From: Eledone cirrhosa | Taxonomy: Eukaryota | Assembly (NCBI GenBank): GCA_964016885.1 | Contig: OZ024740.1 | Span: 17,980,001 to 18,044,000 of the forward strand | DNA length: 64,000 nucleotides | Direction: 5' to 3' | Part shown: in pieces, positions 13,882-36,321 of the stretch | Position numbering within the stretch: the stretch's first letter is position 1 | Layout of the letters: each line of letters starts with the position of its first letter | Notes under the pieces: generated by a model | What the model was told of the DNA's origin: nothing | Databases searched by the model: none | The model's input: only the letters and a program-made list of their open reading frames with translations | Made by a program: the position numbers and the translations under genes

Positions 13882-16800
13882 GAAATATAAGAATCAAAGA
13901 ACTGTTCAAAACATTATTGTGCTTACAGCTGTTTCCTCCAAACCGAGGTTTGGATTCTTCGGAGCAATTTATTAATGCATGGACAGTTATATGACCTCCT
14001 TTTCAGCCGAGAGACATACCAATACATATTCAAACATTGATACATATTCAAACATTGTGGGTCAACATTCATTACAGAATTTAGAGTGGCAGTACACACT
14101 TCGAGATTACATTTATATTAATAGGTACAATCAAAAATCAAAGGTATAGGTTAAAGTACAACATGAAGATAAGTGGTTATATAGTGCAAATGTTATATGT
14201 GTGGCACGCATGTGCGTCTTGTTTATATAGTGTGGCAGAGAGATATGTGTGGTAGAGGCACTTAGGTAGGTAAATAAGAGTGCTAGGTTGGTAGATCTGG
14301 TGGCAAAATCTTTATATGATTGATATAGTCTGTGTGTGGAGAAATATTATAAGCATTAAAGATAGTGCAAGCATTAAAAGTGTTATAAGTATTGGAGATG
14401 CACAGCGAAGGGATGTCAAGTATTTCATGTACTTCGGCATTTTCATGGTCAAGGGAGTGTATATTTCGAGTGTATATACTTTCACATAATCCACGACAAT
14501 TCAGTTAGAGATCGTAGTCTGGTGTTCTTTAGTTCGATACAGGAGGTTGTTACGTTTCGAGAAACGCCATTGAATACCGGAAGTGTGTGTGTGGCTAAGG
14601 GGAGTTAATGCATGCGGGGAGGTAACTCTGGGGTTTCTATATCTAGCCATTAAAATGTGTCCCAATATAGACCCTGAATTCTATGGTGAAGTGCACCTTC
14701 CAAGAGAGACTTTTAAAGCATAAAGTGTACTAACTATAGAGTAGTTTAACTAAGTTATGCTGAAGGTGATCATATTATTATTATGGTGGATTAACCCATC
14801 TTAAGGTGCTACAAATGGAAATTATAGATGATGAGCGAGGATTCTAAATTAATGATCTCTGTGGTTGTAGTCTGCTCATATGACCAGGCGCGGTGATTGC
14901 AGGATTGCTTCAGGACCCAATGATCTCTGGTAAGATCTGGGTCATCGCTTGCTACATTGGATGTCGAAAGATAATCGTCCCCAGGCAGGCCAAAGGTCAA
15001 TCCGCAGTCCTCGCGACCCCTCTCTGACCGTCAGATCATCCATATACGTACAACCCGCACGGCAGTTGCATTGCATTCACTCACTGCGCTCAGCAGCCCG
15101 GTCCTACTGGTCAACAGCGCTACTCGATTAAATCATTTTACATCTGTCTAAGGAAGGTGTTTCCTCTGCCCAACACCATCCAACCGATCAATTCATGCTC
15201 AAATTACCCTTAGAGCGGTGTAGTGCCGTTCAAGTGGGTGGATGTTGTCACACCTGCCGTAGAGGTATAAATGGGTATTTTCCCTGCGAAGGGTTCCAGA
15301 GGGATGTCGTTGTTTGTGTTATAATGGATCAGCTAGTGTTGGGTATGTAGTATAGGGCGTGTCTCTGGTGTTTGATGCTAGATGTGGTGTTAGGTTCCAG
15401 TCCGACATTGCTATATATAGGGCTTAAAGTTTTGGAAGGAATGTCTGAGGCGGTGCTGGCAAGTTGCAAACACCTCAGATTTTTTGTTAAGTAGGTTACG
15501 GTTGGAGAAGATAATATTGTGTGTCTCTAGTATACAGAGGTTACAGAATTTATTAGGTGGTTTGTACGAGGTCGCGCTGCCTATCACTTCCCATTTGAGT
15601 GTGTATGGTTTATTTTTAGATTTTAGATAGTGTATGTAGCTAGAAAGTGAGGTGGAGTTGGCTAGGCTGTGCTTTTTGAACGAGTGGATGTGCGAGTTAT
15701 ATCTGATTTTGAAGCAGTTAGAAGTGGAGCCTACATAGGTTTCTGAAGAGTTATTAGTCGTGACTGTGCATGAGTATATGACATCCTTGGTTAGGCATTT
15801 TTTATCTAAAGGGCAGATTCTATTAGCTCTACAGTTACAATTATTCTGTGCGTTAGTCCGCTGGTTATAATGCAATGCGGAAGTCTGTGTGGTGGATATA
15901 GGATTTTGGGTGTTCGGGTTGACAACCCTGGTGTTATTACTTATACTAGTGTTATTTCTATTGTTACTGCCGTTGCTATGGTTGCTTGCTACAGTGGTAT
16001 TTAGAGGGTTTGCATCCCGTTGTGATTTTGTTTGTTGGAAGTAAGAACTAATTTTACTATTATTGCTGCTAGCTATGTGGTATGCTAAGTTAGGCGTCGT
16101 AGAGTATGAGATTTTAATGGTGTTTTTGTTTAAGAGGTTGTGGTACTTGTGTCCTAGAGGGAAGTTTTTATCTAGTAGTGAGAAGAAAGCCCTAGGTATG
16201 TTGGTGGAGACATTTAGGTTGAAAAAAGGGTTGAAAAATGTATTATTTCTTCTTCTATTTTTGCTTTTAGTGTTTGGTGTGTTGCTTCCTCCTAAGGCCC
16301 CACAGTAGTTTCCATGGTAATGGTTACTTCCGGTGGCACCCTCCGCTTTGGTGTACTTGTGGTTGCTATTCCTATTATTAGATTTCCTCATGGACATGTT
16401 GTGCGAGATGATGTTGTAGCTATGTGTTTTCTTAGGTAGGAACTCAATTTCTATATTATGGCCGGAGCTAGCTAATGCTTGATTGTAATATTGTGAGTTT
16501 TTGCTAAATATGTTTGCGTCATAGGACAGACTAGAGATTCTATTGGACACCCCCTTTTGAGATAGAGTTTAATATTGATCTAGGGTGATTAGACTTGGTA
16601 TCTACGTAAATAAGTTTCTCATTAGGCTTATGGAAAGGTGTATATATTTTTGAGTCTAGGTATAGTGTGGCGTCTAGGAAGTTAACATTTTTAGTGTTTT
16701 TGTCCATGGTGATACTAAGGTTAAAGTTTTTGAATGTCTTATGCAGTTGTTTTCTAGTTCTTTCTATATTAAATTTTTTATATTCTATGAGTAGAAGTGC

Positions 16801-17460
16801 ATCATCGCGGTACAAACCACCGTTGAGGTAAGGGAGGTCTTTATGGATTTCATTGAGGAGGTATAGGCCGACCAAATCAGTGACCTGCGCCGAGTCACTA
16901 GATCCCATGGTTATGTCGAAGTTGTTGTGCGTATCCTTGCGTGTCCATAGTTGGTCCTCGAAGGTGATTATGGTTTTACGGGCCGCAAGGATGACATCAA
17001 CCTGGGCTCTAGTCAGGTCGCTATTGGTCATGGCCATGATAAGTGCCTTATTTACCTATCTTATTTACCTACCTAAGTGCCTCTACCACACATATCTCTC
17101 TGCCACACTATATAAACAAGACGCACATGCGTGCCACACATATAACATTTGCACTATATAACCACTTATCTTCATGTTGTACTTTAACCTATACCTTTGA
17201 TTTTGATTGTACCTATTAATATAAATGTAATCTCGAAGTGTGTACTGCCACTCTAAATTCTGTAATGAATGTTGACCCACAATGTTTGAATATGTATCAA
17301 TGTTTGAATATGTTTGGGTATGGCTCTCGGCTGAAAAGGAGGTCATATAACTGTCCATGCATTAATATATTGCTCCGAAGTATCCAAACCTCGGTTGGGA
17401 GGAAACAGCGGTAAGCACAATAAAGTTGGGTACAGGGCGGGGTGGAGGTTATTTCATATA
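13882..17460 (-). mobile_element. 5'-truncated Penelope-like element with 3' pLTR and inverted 5' pLTR copy
   Basis: RT fragment 16540-17037 (FDITMGS, GLYRDD, VNFLD) and GIY-YIG 15411-16550 (CNCR..CPL..KCL, VIYSC, YVGST); 13882-14278 is the reverse complement of about 17060-17460. Confidence 0.92.
13920..13966 (-). ncRNA. Minimal hammerhead ribozyme in the pLTR (U4C variant)
   Basis: UGCU-CCGAAGA-A UCCAAACC uc GGUUUGGA G-GAAAC AGCU GUA-AGCA; a mutated copy lies on + at 17371-17417. Confidence 0.75.
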
Positions 17461-20978
<3,518 letters not shown>

Positions 20979-21178
20979 NNNNNNNNNNNNNNNNNNNNNN
21001 NNNNNNNNNNNNNNNNNNNNNNNNNNNNNNNNNNNNNNNNNNNNNNNNNNNNNNNNNNNNNNNNNNNNNNNNNNNNNNNNNNNNNNNNNNNNNNNNNNNN
21101 NNNNNNNNNNNNNNNNNNNNNNNNNNNNNNNNNNNNNNNNNNNNNNNNNNNNNNNNNNNNNNNNNNNNNNNNNNNNNN
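20979..21178. other. Assembly gap (200 N)
   Basis: Run of N. Confidence 1.
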
Positions 21179-21956
21179 TGCTAGCTGCAAAAGGCTTCTC
21201 CCTCAGAATGAAAGGCAGACTGTATGATGCGTGTATCCGAACAGCGATGTTGCATGGTAGTGAGACCTGGGCGCTGAAGGTGGAAGACTTACGTAGATTA
21301 GAGAGAAACGAAGCCTGCATGCTCCGATGGATGTGTAACAGTAATATACAGTGAACGACAAAGCATAAATGAATTGAGAGAGAGACTGAGCATAAGAGGA
21401 ATCAAATGCTGCGTGCAGGAGAGGCGGTTACGCTGGTATGGACATGTGATGCGTATGAAGGATGACAGCTGCATAAAAAGGTGCAGAGCACTAGAAGTTG
21501 ATGGAAACCGCGGAGTGGGGAGACCCAAGATGACTTGGGATGAGGTGATAAAAGCCGACCTTACCCAACTACACCTCTCAAAGTCAATGACACACGACCG
21601 TGACTTCTGGCGTCACGCAGTAATACAGGGTACCCGACCTCCCATGGGTACATGCTGAAGCATATAAACAATATGCCCCCCCCCCCCACCGCAAGGTGGT
21701 CGTGGAGGTGCCACGGCAAAAAAGCACCCAGCCCACACTGTAAAGTGGACGTGTAGGCGCCACGAAAAAGCACCCAGCACTCACTGTAAATGAGGTTGGT
21801 GTTAGGAAGGGCATCCAGCTGTAGAAATCAAGCCAGATCAGTTCCTGTATGAGCAAGGCATGGTCAGCCGACCAGACACTGCCCACAACAGGACAACCCG
21901 TCTAACCATGCTAGCGTGGAAGAACGGACGTAAAACGGTGATGATGATGATGATGA
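21179..21956 (+). mobile_element. 3' part of an RTE LINE, same subfamily as 783-3403
   Basis: Highly similar to 2735-3403; RRLRWYGHVMR, GRPKMTW; (GAT)n tail. Confidence 0.92.
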
Positions 21957-23958
<2,002 letters not shown>

Positions 23959-24571
23959 GGTGGCTGCCAACTCGTTTTCGAGTACGGCCACTACTTTACA
24001 TCCATGTAGGATAACCCCTACCGAAGCGCTGAACGAGTGTGACTTTTTAGTCCAGCCAGCGACTTGAAACCTCTGGTACAAACACTACACCTGTGACAAC
24101 CATTGACACATAGTGCTAGGCCCATGGTAGGACAATTATTGACACATAGTGCTGGGCCCATGTGAGGACAAGTGCAGAGAGATCTCCAGATATAAAGCAA
24201 TGCCTGTGCCGTGAAGCTTTTATAGTGAGCAAAGGCACTGCACAAAGCCAGTCCCACTCTCTTAACCAAGATGATATTTACCAAAAAGAAGAACAAGTCA
24301 ACATCATTGGATACCATCAGGGTTGCAGGTGTTATATCAGAGTTTTCCTTCTCCTAGAATTCTGCCTTGACTAAGGCTAAAGGGGTCATCTCTCCCGGTG
24401 ATTTTGGATGGCCATTGACTCTTAAGAGCTCCTTTGCCCTTTGACAGGTTTTGTTTTTAGTCCTGCAGGATGTCCAAAGTCACCCTCCTCACCAAGAAAC
24501 CTTGGTGGGGTTGCCAGTTTAGTCGCCAACGACCCGACCATGAGACAGGTTGTACTGGGATACATGTTACC
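23959..24571 (-). mobile_element. Internally deleted, bipartite non-autonomous RTE (BovB-like) element
   Basis: Minus strand has RTE 5'UTR-like motifs (ggcgactaaactggcaaccc, ggagaaggaaaactctg) joined to a C-terminal Zn finger [19 protein letters not shown] and a terminal hairpin ctcgaaaacgag; flanked by (AT)n. Confidence 0.6.
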
Positions 24572-26320
<1,749 letters not shown>

Positions 26321-26502
26321 GTTATTCCGGGTTGAATCGGAGGTAACCACAGTAAGTAAGGTATTCAATACATAGCAGAGTATAACAGTTTTAATATAGA
26401 TGAGATTCTACAGGACTAGAACTGTTTCATTCATTAGAAATCATCAGATTCCTGATGATTTCTAATGAATGAAACAGTTCTAGTCCTGTAGAATCTCATC
26501 TA

Positions 26503-26505
<3 letters not shown>
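26321..26505. mobile_element. Solo pLTR-like island with a perfect inverted repeat containing hammerhead cores
   Basis: Arms about 26394-26447 and 26452-26505; + strand AGAUUC-CUGAUGA-U UUC uaau GAA U-GAAACAG uucuaguc CUGUA-GAAUCU (26446-26496). Confidence 0.85.
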
Positions 26506-30208
<3,703 letters not shown>

Positions 30209-30388
30209 ATAGGAACCAGTAAGACCCCGACAGCTGAGCTCAAGCCGTTTCGACGGCTAATTCTGAATTAGCCGTCGAAACGGCTTGAGCTCAGCTGTCG
30301 GGGTCTTACTGGTTCCTATTACCCACTCTACTACCTCAAGTATTGAGTACTTTGGTGCGTTATGGTCCACCTGGTTCCTTACCACATT
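30209..30388. mobile_element. Palindromic pLTR-like island (55-bp arms, centre 30264) carrying the 3' half of a hammerhead
   Basis: Perfect inverted repeat; CGAAAC GGCU...AGCU GUC; tail actctactacctcaagtattgagtac shared with 42520-42548. Confidence 0.65.
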
Positions 30389-30779
30389 TCCTTCGTTATA
30401 TATCTATATATATATATCTATATATATCTATATCTATATCTATATCTATATATATATCTATATATATATCTATATATATATATCTATATCTATCTATATA
30501 TATATCTATATCTATCTATATATATATCTATATCTATCTATATATATATCTATATCTATCTATATCTATATCTATATCTATCTATATATATATCTATATC
30601 TATCTATATATATATCTATATCTATCTATATATATATCTATATCTATCTATATATATATCTATATATATATATATATAGATATATATATCTATATATATA
30701 TATCTATATATATATATCTATATATATATCTATATATATATATCTATATATATATCTATATATATATCTATATATATAT

Positions 30780-31335
30780 CATCATCATCATCATCATCAA
30801 CGTTTAACGTCCGTGTTCCACGCTTGCATGGGTTTGGACGGGGGTAGTCCCACTTGAGGCAAGAGTGATTGTCTTGCTCGCATAGGACTGTCTGGCAGGT
30901 TTTCTACAGTTGGATGCCCTTCCTAACACCAACCACATTTACAGTGTGGGTCTGGGAGGTTTTTACCGTGTTGCCTACACGGCCACATTACAGCGTGGAC
31001 TGTGTGTTTTTTTTGTCGTGACACCTACACGATCTCATTTGTTTCGGCCTGGATGGCGCGGCACCAACATAACTTTACATAGAACAGGGTCGTGCGGATG
31101 GGGTGGGGGTGGTGGTGGTGGGACGGTGTGTATTTTGTTAGAGATGCCTACTGGTTGGAGTAGGTTTTACTATATATTTAGGTAAGGCGGGTCTTCTCTG
31201 TTACTGAGTACCGCCAAAGGTCTCGGTCCAGTGACATTGTCTTGGAGAGGTGTAAGTGTGTGATGTCGGAGTTTATCAGCTCGTCCCAGGTTTTTCTAGG
31301 TCTGCCTATTCCGTGACTACCGTCTATCTTTATTG
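30780..31335 (-). mobile_element. 3' end of an RTE LINE
   Basis: Minus strand encodes [34 protein letters not shown]...TRLT*, then a 3'UTR with ttaggaagggcatcca and a (GAT)n tail. Confidence 0.88.
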
Positions 31336-31620
31336 CCCTGCACTTTGTTATATCTATATATATATCTATATATATATATCTATATATATATCTATATATA
31401 TATCTCTATATATATATCTATATATATATCTCTCTCTATATATATATATATATCTATATCTATATCTATATATCTCTATATCTATATCTATATATATATA
31501 TCTATATCTATATATATATATCTATATCTATATATCTATATCTATATCTATATATATATATCTATATATATATATCTATATATATATCTATATCTATATA
31601 TATATATCTATATCTATATC

Positions 31621-33220
31621 GAGGCGGTCGGCACCTTACTGGAGGAGTACGAAAAGTTCACAGGGGCTAAGCTGAACCGGGACAAGTCGATCGGTTTGCA
31701 ACTCGGCACGTGGAGGGGCAGACCGATGCGCTCCGATGGCGTCGTCGGACGCTGGACGGAGGGCCCGGTGAAGTTGCTCGGGGTCTGGTTCGGACCGGAC
31801 CTCCAGGTGGAGAAAAACTGGGCGGAGGTTACGAACAGGGTGTTTGCACTGACCCAGAAGTGGGCCAGTTGCAAACTATCCCTGAAAGGTCGGGCGGAGG
31901 TGGCGAACACCTACATAGCGTCCGTCATCTACTACCGCCTGACCGTAGTGCCCTGCCCAAGGGAAACCGTCACCAAGATGGAGCGCGCGCTCTTCCAATT
32001 CCTTTGGAAGAGGCGGGCTCCTATGGTGAGGAGATCCATCTGCTGTCAACACCCTTCGAAAGGAGGGCTGGGGATGCCGTGGCTAATGATGCGTAAACAC
32101 GCATTAAGGCTACGGCACCTCTACGTATTCCTCACCGGACAACCGGTGTGGGCCTCGTTTGTGAGACGAACCTTTCCCAGACTCGTCTCACTCACCGAGC
32201 TGCAATCCTGGGTCAAGCAAAGACCGAGAAAACTGGGCGCCTGGCACACTGAGTGTGCCCAGGCGCTCACCGCCCTCTGGCAGGCGGATCCGGTTATCAG
32301 TGGAGACTCCACCGCAACATTTTATAAAGGGCTGGTACGCAGCAGGTGCGACGACGCCCTCGGAGAAGCCCTAGACATGGAGGAGGACGAACTGGCCAGC
32401 CTGTTCGGTAGGACATTCAGCCCGGGACCTATGGACAACTTCCAGAAGTCCCTGGCCTGGCAGTGCTACCGAGGGGCTTTACCCGTTCGAGAAAGGCTCT
32501 ATAGACACGGGCGCCCGGGTAGGGACCCCGCCAAAAAGATCTGTCCCAGATGCGTGTGCGACGAGGAAACCGTTGCACACGCATTGGTACACTGCTCGGG
32601 CGTAGCCGATCTGTGGGGCTATGTCGAACAACTGCTGTCAAGGGTGGGACCGATCCGGTTGACCACCGAGTCTATTGTAATGATCAAGCCGCCTCCCCCC
32701 TTCAAAGATGAAGCAGAGGTGGTGTTTCTGTGCGTAATAGCCATGGCGAAAGAGGTTGTATGGTGGACGCGTCTGAAAGGACTGAGGTCAGGCACCTTTC
32801 TCTCTGGCCAACAACTGGTCCGTTTCTTCCGATATCATTTCGGAAGAAGGATCAGGATGGAGAGAGAGGTGCTGCACCCCAGTCGTTTCTATGAAAGATG
32901 GGTGAAAGTGGCGAGAATGGCCCGTGTGAATGGGCCTTCACTCTACATCAGACTATAGGTGAGGAAGATGAAAGACCAAGGGAGCACCCCTTCTCTGTGC
33001 TCCTGAGGAGAAGGGTTGCACACTTTTTTCGGGGGTGTGTGCGACCCCCCAAGGCGCCTCCTCTCTATTGAGGATTTTGTTAAAAATTTTATTTTTTGTT
33101 ATATCTTATTTTATTTTTATATTTTGTTATTGCCTCCTCCTTATTGAGGATGCCTTTTTGTGTAAACTCCCCCCTTTGTACTTGTCCCACTTTTGATGCC
33201 CTAGTGGCAAATAAAAGAAA
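31621..33220 (+). mobile_element. L1/Tx1-clade LINE, 5'-truncated, subfamily A
   Basis: ORF2 C-terminus ([17 protein letters not shown]...[10 protein letters not shown]), stop at 32958, 3'UTR ending aataaaagaaa; flanked by (TATC)n. Confidence 0.93.
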
Positions 33221-33246
33221 CTTATCTATCTATCTATCTATCTATC

Positions 33247-33836
33247 ACTGACCTGTGGGGCTATGTAGAACGACTATTGTCGCGGGTGGGACCAATCCAG
33301 TTGACCACCGAGTCCATTGTCATGATCAAACCGCCACCCTCCTTCAAAAACGAAGGAGAGGCGGTTTTCCTTTGTGTGATAGCTATGGCGAAAGAGGTTG
33401 TATGGTGGACAAGGTTGAAAGGGCTGAGGTCAGACACCTTTCTCTCCGGCCAACAACTGATTCTTTTTTTCAAATACCACTTTGGAAGAAGAATCAGGAT
33501 GGAGAGAGAGGTGCTGTACCCCAGCAAGTTTTATGAAAGGTGGGTGAAAGTGGCGAGAATGGCCCGAGTGAATGGGCCTTCTCTCTATATCAGCCTGTAG
33601 GTTGAGGAAAAGGAGGAGGAGAGGAAAGGAGTACAAGCTCTTCGTACTCCTGGAGATGAGGGTTGCACATTTTTTTTCGGGGCTGTGTTACCCATATAAA
33701 CTGTCTCCCTCTATTGGGGAAAATCGACTAACTTTTAAATTCCATCTGTGATAACATTTTACACGTTTTTATTGTATGTAAACTTCCCCCTTTGTATTTG
33801 TCCCCTTCTTTTGTGCCCCTGTGGCTAATAAAGAAA
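33247..33836 (+). mobile_element. L1/Tx1-clade LINE, short 3' fragment, subfamily B
   Basis: Nearly identical to 35690-36280; flanked by (TATC)n. Confidence 0.93.
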
Positions 33837-33838
33837 TA

Positions 33839-33880
<42 letters not shown>

Positions 33881-36280
33881 CCGCGACTCTCGGACAGCGA
33901 GGCGAAGTTCTGCGAAAAGCCGATTTCAGCCACTGAGATAGGGGACGCGCTGAGCCAATGCGGCAAACGCAAATCTCCAGGTCTCGACGGTCTACCCTAC
34001 GAATTTTACGTAGCAATGCCGGACTTATTCTCCGGTCTCCTGGAAGCGGTCTACTGCAACTGGCAACAGAACGGGAGAATTCCCAGTTCTGTAACCGGGG
34101 GCGTGGTCACACTAATCAGGAAGGACGAGAATAAGGGGGATGACATAGGCAACTTCCGGCCCATAACTCTGCTAAACACAGAGTTACAGATTTTGGCCAA
34201 GGTGTTGGCAAAGAGGCTGGCGCTTGTCGTCGAGAACCTGGTGGGAGAAGCGCAGACATGCGCGATCCCGACCAGGTCCATACACGACAACCTCCACCTC
34301 ATGCGATACATCATAGAGAGGGTAGGGTGTAAACCCGGCTTCGGTGGGGCCCTGATCAACTTGGATCAGTCTAAGGCTTTCGATAGGGTTGACCATCGTT
34401 ACCTGGATGCGGTGCTCGAGGCGGCAGGCTTCGGACCCGTGTTCAGGGGCTGGATTGCTGCAATGCACAACAGCAACATCTGCTCAAGGGTCAAGGTGAA
34501 CGGTTACCTCTCGGAGCCGTTCCATATTACGCGATCCATTCGACAGGGATGCCCTCTCTCCTCCCTTCTGTACGTACTGACTCTCGAGCCACTACTGCGG
34601 AAGCTGGAGCTATTGCAGGGCATCCCTCTGGAACCGGGACTGCGGAAAGCGGTGTCGGCCTACGCCGACGACGTGACAGTAATGGTGTCGAGCGCCTCGC
34701 AAATCGAGAAAGTCGGCACCTTACTAAAGGAATACGAAAGTCTCACAGGAGCGAAGCTGAACCGGGACAAGTCCATCGGTTTGCAACTCGGATCGTGGAG
34801 AGGCAGACCGATGCCTTCCGATGGCGTCGTCGGACGCTGGACGGAAGGACCGGTAAAGCTGCTCGGGGTCTGGTTTGGTCCGGACCTCCAGGTGGAGAAG
34901 AACTGGAACGAAGTGACGGCCAAGGTGTTTGCACTCACCCAGAAGTGGGCCGAGTGCAAACTATCCTTGAAAGGTCGAGCGGAGGTGGCGAACACTTTTA
35001 TAGCGTCCGCCATCTACTACCGCTTGACCGTCGTGCCTTGTCCAGCCAAAACGCTCGCCAAAATGGAGCGCGCCCTCTTCCGATTCCTTTGGAAGAGGCG
35101 GGCTCCTTTGGTAAGAAGATCCATCTGCTGCCAACACCCTTCTAACGGAGGGCTGGGGATGCCGTGGTTGACGATGCGCAAACACGCGCTCAGGCTGCGG
35201 CATCTCTACGTATTCCTCACCGGACAACCGGTGTGGGCCCCGTTCGTGAGGCGAGCCTTCCCACGACTCGTCTCACTGACCGAGCTGCAGTCCTGGGTCA
35301 AGCAGAGACCGAGGAAAATGGGCGACTGGCACATCGTATGTGCTCAGGCGCTCACAGCCCTCTGGCAGGCGGACCCGGCGATCAGTGGAGACTCCACTTC
35401 GTCATTCTATAGAGGGTTGGTCCGCAGCAAGTGCGACGACGCGCTCGGTGAAACTCTGGGCGTGGAGGAAGATGAACTGGCCAGTCTGTTCGGTAGGACC
35501 TTCCGCCAGGGACCGATGGACAACTTCCAAAAGTCCCTGGCCTGGCAGTGCTACCGAGGAGCTCTACCAGTTCGAGACAAGCTCTACAGACATGGGCGCC
35601 CGGGCAGGGACCCTGCAAAAAAGATCTGTCCGAGGTGCGTGCGAGACGAAGAAACCGTCGCGCACGCATTCATACACTGCCCGGGCGTCACTGACCTGTG
35701 GGGATATGTAGAACGACTATTGTCGCGGGTGGGACCAATCCAGTTGACCACCGAGTCCATTGTCATGATCAAACCGCCACCCTCCTTCAAAAACGAAGGA
35801 GAGGCGGTTTTCCTTTGTGTGATAGCTATGGCGAAAGAGGTTGTATGGTGGACAAGGTTGAAAGGGCTGAGGTCAGACACCTTTCTCTCCGGCCAACAAC
35901 TGATTCTTTTTTTCAAATACCACTTTGGAAGAAGAATCAGGATGGAGAGAGAGGTGCTGTACCCCAGCAAGTTTTATGAAAGGTGGGTGAAAGTGGCGAG
36001 AATGGCCCGAGTGAATGGGCCTTCTCTCTATATCAGCCTGTAGGTTGAGGAAAAGGAGGAGGAGAGGAAAGGAGTACAAGCTCTTCGTACTCCTGGAGAT
36101 GAGGGTTGCACATTTTTTTCGGGGGTCTGTGTTACCCATATAAACTGTCTCCCTCTATTGGGGAAAATCGACTAACTTTTAAATTCCATCTGTGATAACA
36201 TTTTACACGTTTTTATTGTATGTAAACTTCCCCCTTTGTATTTGTCCCCTTCTTTTGTGCCCCTGTGGCTAATAAAGAAA
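33881..36280 (+). mobile_element. L1/Tx1-clade LINE, 5'-truncated with uninterrupted RT, subfamily B
   Basis: KSPGLDG, NFRPITLLN, LDQSKAFDRV, IRQGCPLS, AYADD, CCHC; ORF open to 36043. Confidence 0.95.
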
Positions 36281-36321
36281 TATATCTATCTATATATCTA
36301 TCTATATATCTATATCTATCT

